NCBI RefSeq assembly: GCF_001194135.2
Contig: NC_068983.1
Location: forward strand, 35,192,064-35,227,951
DNA length: 35,888 nt
From: Octopus bimaculoides
Lineage: Eukaryota
Direction of reading: 5' to 3'
This document shows, piece after piece, positions 11,901 through 23,620 of this stretch. A program made the position numbers and the translations under genes. Every line of letters starts with the position of its first letter. Within the stretch, counting starts at the first letter, position 1. The notes under the pieces were generated by a model. That model worked only from the letters and a program-made list of their open reading frames with translations, was not told the DNA's origin and searched no databases.

Positions 11901-14900
11901 TTGGGAAACGTGAGCTTTGTGAGAAGGTACTGAGTGTTATTGAAGCACGTGTGGCCTTCCATAGCGTACTTCTGGTATCCAGGGCTAAACAACTGTTTCC
12001 AGCACTACAACGTATCCAGCAGCATTAATTCGAGGCTCTATGGAAAGATATAAGCTGACATGGCATTACATTCGTTACTCAGACGACCGTTACTAAAACA
12101 ATCCCAGACGCTGGATGCTTAGTGTGCAACACTATGGGGACATCAAAAGGATCTGCACTTAACCAGTCGTCATTTCTCGTTTTAAAATTTTGGTCCTGGT
12201 CGAAGTCTTCCGTATTAGAGATGAAACAATGTACGCCATGTTCGAAGGGAGTTTTTAACCTCGTTAAGTAACTACCATCTGACAAGGATCAAACTGTATT
12301 CTTGTATCTTTGCAGGCATGAATAGGTCTTTCCTCAGCATTTATGACTTGTAGAGAAAGACCTCTCGAACCACAATTCTGACTTTCTGTGGCGAAATCAA
12401 TTTTCCGGGATCATCATCGACAAAATCTTGAACCTGCAGGACGAATTGTGATGTTCTTATATTGCCAGAATGTTTAGGATTTTTTTACTCTTTGATACAG
12501 TTGAAATATTCCCATCAGCGGCTTCTAATTCCAATCGAACTTGGGGTATAAAAAATCCTCCACATATAAGACAGCTGTCAATTTCTAAGTCGCTGTGTTC
12601 CGTATATATGGCAATGATGCTAGAATATTATTTCATTTCATGTGTGAGAATTTTATCTGCCATAGAGTATCAGAAAAAAATGGAAGCATTTTACTTTTCT
12701 TGGGAGTAATATACTGATAGCTAATTGTCCTCAAATACACCTCGCATTCCGTATAGATACACCTAAAGACACACACGTATACATTGCGGAAACACTCATG
12801 CTGATAGCAATGAAATGTATCTTTTCTATGAAGCAATGCAAAACACTTGCAAGTCATATAGAAACAAGATATAATTATAAAAGTCTCTTTTCAAATAAAA
12901 CCTATACTATATAGAAAGGAAACAAAGGAAATGAAAATAAGGTATTAATCTCTTGACCCCATGTTCACGAATTCGAACTTTATGACAGCAAAACACCAAA
13001 TTCTGTCCCACATTAAGTTACAAAACATAAAAATAAGAATGTTTCATTTCTATTTCTTGGATGTTGAGTATCCATCAGTAAAATATTACTCCAATTGCCA
13101 CCCCGGAACCCCGATGTAAAGTTGCTCTAATGAATAGACTCAATGCATACATAAGTAATGCACACCTTACTTCATTGCTGAGTAATTAGCTGTAAGAAAG
13201 ACATCAGTTAGTAAAACAATTGATCCTGCAAGTAGTCTAACCCACATTAGTGTTAGTGAGCATGAAAAACGGTTGTAAAACGCTATCATAAAATATGAAA
13301 TAGGAAACGAATAATGAAATGTAAATACCACGATTTTGTTTTCTAATTTAAAGCGGAACTTCATATTCGAAAAGGAAAAGCGAATACATTACAGGAGATT
13401 ACATCTACTGCTATTATTATCGATATGGCTCTTTGAATTGTTATAAGAGTTCTTGTGAGCAGTGTCATTGCAATGTGCCTTATGTGTTCTGTTCTAATAC
13501 AAGTAAGTACAGTATTTCTCTTTGCTGGTATAATATGAGAATATAAATGCAATGAACAATTTAACTTGAATCTATAATGCAGTTTACATTCAATATTTTG
13601 TTTTAAGCTACTAATACTTCAGTATAAGCTACTTCAGTACCGGCCTCAGTTGTAGGTTCTGAGAGAAATATGTTGATCTAGAGATGAAAGCGTCAAATCT
13701 CGATGGATGATTCACACGTCATACATTTTCGATATACTGTAGCTTGTTTCCAACGGTCAGGTTAGACTCCTGTAGAGAAGTAGAGATTGAAATAATTGTT
13801 GAGTAAAGGTTTGAAGTGAATTCAGGTACTTCTGCTGTTACCATCAATATATGCAAGATGATGGATCCGAAAGGATGGTAGGTGATAGACTGATAGCTTT
13901 AGAGGAGTTGTGTCAAGCATTTTCACTGTGAAGTTGGCTGCAAATCAGGAAAGCGAAAATAGAACCTGCATCTTCGGGATTACTAATCACGGATCCATCG
14001 TTGTTGTGAAGTGGATGTTAAGATTCTTTAAACTTAGTAGATAACTCTTTGGCAAGGGACCAGAAGAATCGGTTGCAGTCTTTGAGACGAAATAGCTTGA
14101 GAGTTGTGTGATGGATGACGACAGCTTTAGTTGTTCCCACTGTGGTATTGCAAGTGTTGCATTACTGGGTAAATGTCACTGAGTTTTAGAAGGTGAGGGA
14201 ACCTCTTCATGTATTGTTTATACCGTTTGTTTGATTAGTTTTGGGAGAGTTATTTCCAGCTCAAGTATTCTATACCTGATATCGTTCTTTAAATCCTATC
14301 CTCTTAGGCATGTTCTTGGAATCATATACACTATTGCAATACGTTGTCATCTGCTCCAAGCTGAAGACATATTTCTATCTTAGAGAGGATGTAAATACAT
14401 CAGCAGTTCAGATGAAGAAAACCTGTTTAAGCTCTAAATATATAATCGTTAAGTAGCCAGTCATATCAGCTATCATTAATTTCAGCTTCTTACAAGAAAA
14501 TAAGATTACAAGATTATAATAAGGTTTAAACACGTCAAATATTTATTTATTTAAAGAATATTTCATGACAATTTATTTATATTTTCTGTTTTCTATTTCC
14601 GCATCTTCAGCATGTCCACTTGGTAAAGTGAGCTGTCCTTCAAGTCGCAATGAAACCAATTCTACAAATACGTGTATTTTCAAAGAAAGTATATGTGATG
14701 GACAACCTGACTGTGATGATCATAGCGATGAAGAAAATTGTGGTAAGCAAAGAAATTTCCATTTTTTTAATGTAATATTTGATGAAGCATCAAATTTTTA
14801 CTACCTTATATTTCCATAAAATCTTATATCTTCTTTATTAATTTATGAAAATTATTACATTTCAAAATAAAATATAAACAGGAATATTTTACTTCATATG

Positions 14901-17900
14901 TATCAATGCAAGCAACCACTTCCAATTCTACCAATCCAAAAGACTAAATCTTATTGTTTGTTTCTAGAAAGATATTTAGGATTTAAAACAGCTTTTAAAA
15001 TAACATGAGACAGTTTATACTATTTGCAAATAGAAGAAATAGGGAACTGAACTATTTCGTGGAAAGCACTAAGTTTAAGAGGGAAACTGAAATAGCTGGA
15101 TTGACAACAAGAATAAAGTAAACATGATGTCTTACATAACAAAATGGCATTGGAAATAGAAAAAATTCAACTGGAAAATGAAACAAATGATTATAGTTAA
15201 AGTGAGAAACAGCATAAATTCTTCCTCGATTGATTCATCGTCAACAGGTCCATTCGTCGCCTGTATTCAAGTCAGAATCCCACAAGGTCGGTTATTAGAT
15301 GGGATTACATCAAGATGTTGAACCAACATTAAAAAATACAGACGTCCCTCTTTCCCTTGGTATTCGGGTGACGGGTTTAATAAGAATAGGAATAGACTGC
15401 AAACATTTGGGTTTACAAATGCAAACACTTGGGACTGATAAGTTGTATTTGATGATCTGCTTTGTTTCGAAGACAAAAGTTAGAAGTATTACATGAAAAA
15501 AATTAAATGTGTTTTCTGAAATATGAAAATAATTTGTTTTTTTTTTATATATATATATTAATGCTTACAAGAATTATACTGTGCCATAATGAACCAGAGA
15601 GAATATTAAGAGAAAATTCTCAGAGAGATTAACAATCAAAGCAACATTCTTGTAAACTAAAGACTATATTATTTCTCGGTTTGCAAAAGTGTAATATCAA
15701 TTGTGTATGATTTGTGTTAAATTACTTGCTGTATGTTATGTCAAAACGTATGCGTCTTGTTACAAAACTTATGTGTAAGTTTAGGCACCTGTTTATTGAG
15801 TGTATTAACAAGTTAGTTATTAGCTCTCGTTTCAAACTGAAATTTCTTGTTGGTGTACAGTATGAAGGGTTTTCTGAAAACGAGGACTGTGCCCTAGATT
15901 TTTGGTTGTGGTTAACGTTAATATAGCCTTGACATTTGAATACTATTTAAGTACTCACGGAAGGCGAGCTTATCGTACCCTTCTTCGCGCGTCACCATAT
16001 CCCCATATTGCAGCGTGACAATATTACCTCCCACACGCCCAGAGTCACCATGGACTTCCTGCGTCAACACATCAGAACCATGCCCTGGCCGGCTTTCAGC
16101 CCGGATTTGAATCCATTAAAACACCTGTGAGATGAAATCCAGAGACGGTCGAACCAGGTGGTCCCAAGGCCGACAATTCATATGGAACTGGAGGCAGCTT
16201 TCCTCAGTGTGTGGGCGCAGGTGCCAATGGCTTTTGTGAATCGCCTCATACACTCCATGTACCGATGGTGTATGGCCGTATGAACATCCAAGGTGGGCAT
16301 ACACGGTATGAGCATAATCACGCCCTACAATCTCGGTGAACTGGAACCGACCACTAGCAGAACACATGTCAAAGATCTACAGACTATAGTCAAAGTGCAT
16401 CGAAGAAATTGACTTCATCAGATTTATCGAAATTTATCTCTGACATAATGAAATTAAAATATATTTCACAGTCACACACGCTTCGCGTTCCTTTTGCGTT
16501 TCAGTGTATTGTGTCCTGGGGCTCCGACGAACGAATTTTGTGCAAGGAATTGACCAACACCGAACTATCCTAGCCGTTTCCCAAGAAGCATTTAGTGATC
16601 CAGCTGCTTCATTTACCTCTTCAAGCTGTTCGGATTATCATGGTATTTGAAAGAAGGGAAACACGACTTTGAAGTGGAATTTGAATCCATTTTCTCATAT
16701 TGCTACACAGGAAACTTCATTCTTCGTGAAGTAAATCAGCTGAATTGCTAAATACTAAATAAAAATTATAATAGTTTCAAATGCAAATTGAAGCAGTATC
16801 GAGGTTAACAAAACTGCGACGATAATTACGATCACGAAGATAAGACAGAAAATTTTGTATAAAGTTAATTATACCATCTTTAGTATTTGACTAAGACACT
16901 TAGTACGCCTAATGTGGTAGCGAGGAGAAAGACTCTACGCATTTGTTTTCCCTGTTAGAAACATCAGGAAAATCTCTTCAAATTTTTCTTTGCCATCTTA
17001 GTAATACGAAACATTGAATATCTAACCTTAGATATGTCTCAGAACAAATGTTATGGTAAGAGCTTGAAAGTCCTTGATCGTAAATCTGCTGAATCGAGAC
17101 GAAACCGAGACTATACAACAACAATGACAACAACTGCAGCAGCAGCAACAACAACAGCAATAACAATAAAATGTGAAAGGTTACCTTACAAGATTTCATG
17201 TGAGCAATAAGAATAATCTGTTTTATTTGATTTTCTATGTTCAGATAGCTGTACAGACAACCAGTGGCAATGCAGAAATAAGAAGTGCATCGAGAAAGAC
17301 CTTCGCTGCGACGGTAATAAAGACTGTGATGACGGCTCAGATGAATTCCATTGCTGTAAGTAGAAACAACTTGTACGCTTTTTTTTTAATTTTTATATAC
17401 CAACCATTAATAGGGAGATTACATTTAGGGCGGGTCGTAATAGTGACTTCCGATTTTCTCGGTCACCGAACAACACTTCTCTGTCATATTGTGCCAGAGG
17501 AAAGAACTACATGAAGTCGAGATGGTAATAAAGATATTACTACTATGACTATATTTTAAGTCCTGTATGAAGTTTTAGTCGCCACATGGTTAGAATGTTG
17601 CACTCACGATCGCAAGAGCACGACTTCGATTCCGAGCAATGCGTTGTGTTCTTGAATAAAACACTTCATTTCACGATGTTCCGGTTCTCTCAGTGCTATA
17701 ACTGAATAGACATGCGACAGACTGGTGTCTTGTTCAGAGCGGTCGGTGCATTCTTAGATTACATCATTGAAAAAAACTCGCTATCTTCAGGTAAATTTTT
17801 AAAGTTTAGAAATAATACATTTCTAAATCTCTCAGAGAGATTTATGCAGTAGTGATACGATGATGTAGTTGTATGCTGTCAACTTAATGTGACAGTCCCC

Positions 17901-20900
17901 TGAAGGGAATAATACTACTGTTAGTTAGACCTAGGAAGCTGCACTGCTTTCTGTCGACCTTGACACATTTCCTGTGTCCTTATGTTTACAAGTGGGAGAC
18001 AAGCACCTCCACCCTTGTAAACATAAGGACACAGGAAATGTGTCAAGGCCGACAGAAAGCAGTGCAGCTTCCTAGGTCTAACCAACAGTAGTATTATTCC
18101 CTTCAGGGGACTGTCACATTAAGTTGACAGCCTATAACTAAATTTTTAAAGTATAAACAAGTAAGGCAGAAATAGAAGATGACCAGAAGGTGACCAGTTC
18201 ACCTGGATAACCATGGTGAACACGTAAAATGTTGAGAACATTCAATCGAACACAAATGGCAACTAGTTCAAAACTAGTTATTTTTCAGTTTGCAATCTTA
18301 ATTAGTTTACAGCTGTCGTAATGGATTAAACAGAACAGGTGGAGGGACATGGGATGGAGTGTGGATGAAGAAGTCACAGGATATGTGACGAAAGATTTCA
18401 AGACGTAGAACATAAAATGCTAATAATAATATAAATATAAAGTGAAGTACGGATATATAGTGGGTGTGTTTGCTTAGCAAAACAGAAAGGAAATTACCAT
18501 TCAAAATGTGACAATATCTGTTTTAACGCACGATTTCATATAAATAATCTTGCAAAACAAATGCATAAACTTAAAAGAGAAATGTTTATTCAAGTAAGTC
18601 ATAGAAATAAAAAGCAAATTAAAGTGTTAGAGCTGTACAGACTGCTGCCAATCTTCCTACAGTAGCGCACGCACATATTCTGATACATATACATAAAATT
18701 ATAATGTTTCTGTTAAATATATATTATAAGCACTTTAAATACGCCTAGATAGCATCCATCCACTGTATCTTGATGCATACATGAGGACATCAGTATTTCT
18801 TCATATATGCATATATAATCGTATATGAACACGCGCCAACGTGCGCACACACACACAAACACTCACACAAATGCACACACACAAATACGCACATGACAAA
18901 CACACACATCACAAACGCACACAAACCACAACACACATACACGCAAACGCACACACAAACACAAAATGCACACAAAAACAAACACACACAAACAGAACAC
19001 AAAGAAACACAGCAACACATATGAATGCCTATATCTACAAATATATAGACATCCTCAGTACGTTGATATATGCATAGAGCACATAACAGACACACGTGTG
19101 CTTTGTATCTGTGTTTGTCCTCCGATCCAGTACACAACCGGTGCTGATGAGTTTACATTCCAGTAGCCTAGTGGTTCGGCATAAAGACCAATATAGTTAA
19201 TAGCAGGCTTTTTCTAAGAAAAAGAAGCATTGGCGTCGACAAATTCGACTGAAAATTGTTCAAGGTGGTGTCCTAGCATGGCCGCAGTCTGATGATTGAA
19301 ACAAGTTAAAAATAAAAGATATATATATATTTACACATACAGATATACATACACAGGCGCGCATTTCTAGATCGGAAGNNNNNNNNNNNNNNNNNNNNNN
19401 NNNNNNNNNNNNNNNNNNNNNNNNNNNNNNNNNNNNNNNNNNNNNNNNNNNNNNNNNNNNNNNNNNNNNNNNNNNNNNNNNNNNNNNNNNNNNNNNNNNN
19501 NNNNNNNNNNNNNNNNNNNNNNNNNTATATATATGGGTGAGAAAGTTGGTATGTGAAAGCACGTGGTTGGATGTATAAAAGATAAAGAACGAAAAACTAC
19601 AGAAGGCTTGTGTTATATGGTTAAAGTATATATTTAAATCGCTATGTTAGAAAAATGTTATAAAATTTTGAATATAGTAACATTGCTTTTAGAGAAATAA
19701 CCGGTTTCGTATTTTCTTTTCAAATTTCTCAAATTTCTATACCTGTATCGTATAATGTCTTCGCTATGGTGTAAGATAGGAGAAGGTAATCAGGGATTTT
19801 TTTCCGGTATAAGGGACATAATAAAAAATGTTAGGAATGAATAGGATTGGTTAATTTAACATGATTTGGTTTAGAAAGAATAGAATGTTACAAGTGGTTA
19901 GGTTTTGCTTTATATTTTTTTCAATGAGGTGAGTTTCCTTATTTAAAAATGTTAGAAATGGTTATGGTTTGGCTAATATTTTTCAATGAAGATGGTTTCC
20001 TTATTTAATCTAATTTGTGTTGGTGTTCCAATGGCACATTGATAGAATGGAAAGATTACAAATTGTGGTAGCATTTGTTTTGCGCATTTCTCAATATGTT
20101 CACTAAAGGGTGTCTTTCTGTATGCTGTCAATGCAGAGTGAATTTGCGTCTGAGCGATAATCCTGTGGACCCTATGTAGTTTTGGTGGCAGCCTGAGCAT
20201 CTTATGACATAAATCAGGTTTTCTGAAGCACAAGTAAAGTCAGATTTGATTTTGAATTTTTGTCCCTCTTTGAAAAGGAATTCTGATCCTTCTAGAAGGT
20301 TTGGGCATATTGCGCAATTTGGTCGACCACATTTTTTCACTTTTGTATTTGTTATTTTGGAAAATAATTTTGCCTTTGTGAGGTTCTTTTTTAATGATTT
20401 CGATTGTTTGTAGCTTTTAATGATTTTATGTGTGTGTAAAATTTCCTTTAACTTGGGGACCTTATGCAGCATTGGTAAGTATTGGGTGATGATGGTGAAG
20501 GCTTCTTTGTTTCTGGGGTTGTATGTGGATATGTACAGCAGTATTTTCGGGGAATAATGAAAATTTTGTCCTCACTAATTAAAACCCGTGGAAATGAACT
20601 GACAACCAAAGCGAATGATTTTCTAACAAACTTTAAATGCAAACCTAGCCTTTTCTATGGTCTGCCAGAAATACACAAAAGCCAGATTATAAATAAAACC
20701 ATTAAACATATATACACCAAACCCGGGGGACCTAAAACTACGACCCATTATAGCTGGCCCAGCCTGTAAAACACACAGACTAAGTCTATTTATTAGAAAT
20801 ATATAAATGAGGATCGTTCGCGATTTTTTTCCTCCGCCTTCCTTTTCTCTTGGAATCTCATCCGCTTCTTGTTTCTGACGAAGAGCTTTGCTCGAAATGT

Positions 20901-21168
20901 AAAACTCCCTTTCTTTCCTTCCCTGAGCGTCTTCTAATACTTTGCATGTACCACGTCTTCGTGTTGTTGTTTTTATCTTGTGTTTGTTCTTTGTTTTTTT
21001 TATTACTATATANNNNNNNNNNNNNNNNNNNNNNNNNNNNNNNNNNNNNNNNNNNNNNNNNNNNNNNNNNNNNNNNNNNNNNNNNNNNNNNNNNNNNNNN
21101 NNNNNNNNNNNNNNNNNNNNNNNNNNNNNNNNNNNNNNNNNNNNNNNNNNNNNNNNNNNNNNNNNNNN

Positions 21169-21201
<33 letters not shown>

Positions 21202-22017
21202 ATATATATATATGTATATGTATATATATGCATGTATATATATATATATGTATATGTATGTATATACACACTACAGTGTCAAACTGAGCGTATTCACTTG
21301 CATATATACATACACATATATAGATGCATACGCGTACTCAGATATATTACGCAGTCATATATCTATATACACATATACGGAGACTGACCCATTAACAAAT
21401 ATATACACGTATATGCATACACCCACACATGCACGCAGAAACACGCAGACACGCACACACATATATATAGATGTACATACCTATATACGTGCACATGTAT
21501 TTAAGCAAACTATATACAGATATAAACGGATACATACACATATACACACACACACACATCTAAACATTTTCTAATGTTCTTCCTATGGTAAGACAAGTTT
21601 TTCATGTTTTGTTGCACACACGCATTTTTGCCAGTATATACGCAGTGAAGCTATACAATAGCGTCGTATTTATATNNNNNNNNNNATATATATTATATAT
21701 TATATATATACATATATGTATTGCAGATTTACTTCTGCTTTTATAGAACGGTGTTATAGGAGTGAACACGGTGCTTGTTCTACAGCAGTACTATGCGCAG
21801 CTTAAATACAGAGATGTAAAAGCAGGGGCGAATTATACCAAACTAATCTACAAAAAGAAAATAGAATATTTTGTATTTTATGCATTGCAATCAGAGTAAC
21901 TTTCATAATTCTATTCAATTAGGTGCATATTTTGCCATAAAAGGAAAATGCTGCTATCGATCTATTTTATTCAAGTTAGGCACTGCCTACCTTGCCTACT
22001 TAGGAGGTGCGTCCCTG

Positions 22018-22068
<51 letters not shown>

Positions 22069-23569
22069 ATATAAGAATGATATACGGATATTCTGTTGAA
22101 TGATGCAGCCTAACAAATGGATCAAAATTCAGTTTTAATGAGTTAAATATAACTCCTATTTTGTTTTCCAGTTAAATACGCGGAAAACATGACTGTGCAA
22201 ATGTTTTACAATGGTTCATACAAACCTATTTGTGAAAACAATTTGAAAACCGCAGATGTTGCAAATAAGTTGTGTTCCTATGTTGGAAGAAGGTAAGAAA
22301 ACTGAAGGCACTCTATTTTCTATCTCACTAATTAAAAGAAAACGCTAGATTGTTTTAAAATATATTATTAAGAGTACTGGCCGGTCGCTATTTTCCTGAG
22401 AAAAAAATTAATCCAAGATGTTAAAATGTTATTTTCAACTGAAGATCATAGAGTATGTTTGTCATGCAAAGCGTGAAATCAATAAGTATTGAAATATACA
22501 TTATTTACTGATGTATTCAAAGCAAAGGTAACCCTATTTCTCATATGTTCATTGCATTGCTCGTGTGCGTCTTTATCGTAATTTTTATGGTGATTTTTGG
22601 AGCAATGGTTCTGATTTCAGCAAGTGGTATTATATATCCTACTGTATCTTATATTACTTTATATTGTGCATATATATATATATATATANNNNNNNNNNNN
22701 NNNNNNNNNNNNNNNNNNNNNNNNNNNNNNNNNNNNNNNNNNNNNNNNNNNNNNNNNNNNNNNNNNNNNNNNNNNNNNNNNNNNNNNNNNNNNNNNNNNN
22801 NNNNNNNNNNNNNNNNNNNNNNNNNNNNNNNNNNNNNNNNNNNNNNNNNNNNNNNNNNNNNNNNNNNNNNNNNNNNNNNNNNNNNNNNNNNNNNNNNNNN
22901 NNNNNNNNNNNNNNNNNNNNNNNNNNNNNNNNNNNNNNNNNNNNNNNNNNNNNNNNNNNNNNNNNNNNNNNNNNNNNNNNNNNNNNNNNNNNNNNNNNNN
23001 NNNNNNNNNNNNNNNNNNNNNNNNNNNNNNNNNNNNNNNNNNNNNNNNNNNNNNNNNNNNNNNNNNNNNNNNNNNNNNNNNNNNNNNNNNNNNNNNNNNN
23101 NNNNNNNNNNNNNNNNNNNNNNNNNNNNNNNNNNNNNNNNNNNNNNNNNNNNNNNNNNNNNNNNNNNNNNNNNNNNNNNNNNNNNNNNNNNNNNNNNNNN
23201 NNNNNNNNNNNNNNNNNNNNNNNNNNNNNNNNNNNNNNNNNNNNNNNNNNNNNNNNNNNNNNNNNNNNNNNNNNNNNNNNNNNNNNNNNNNNNNNNNNNN
23301 NNNNNNNNNNNNNNNNNNNNNNNNNNNNNNNNNNNNNNNNNNNNNNNNNNNNNNNNNNNNNNNNNNNNNNNNNNNNNNNNNNNNNNNNNNNNNNNNNNNN
23401 NNNNNNNNNNNNNNNNNNNNNNNNNNNNNNNNNNNNNNNNNNNNNNNNNNNNNNNNNNNNNNNNNNNNNNNNNNNNNNNNNNNNNNNNNNNNNNNNNNNN
23501 NNNNNNNNNNNNNNNNNNNNNNNNNNNNNNNNNNNNNNNNNNNNNNNNNNNNNNNNNNNNNNNNNNNNN

Positions 23570-23620
<51 letters not shown>

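Noticed and set aside
12500-12620. Exon-like segment after a strong acceptor ([16 protein letters not shown]...)
   Set aside because: The required phase-2 frame hits an immediate stop, and the 13354 exon already closes the phases.
18315-18410. Purine-rich exon-like stretch ([16 protein letters not shown]...)
   Set aside because: There is no acceptor/donor pair in the needed phase without a stop, and no domain match.
19288-19304. CTGATGA-TT-GAAAC hammerhead-like string
   Set aside because: No stem II or stem I; it is part of a SINE tail. Similar chance hits at 11535-11550, 14595-14610 and 27445-27465 were rejected for lack of stems.
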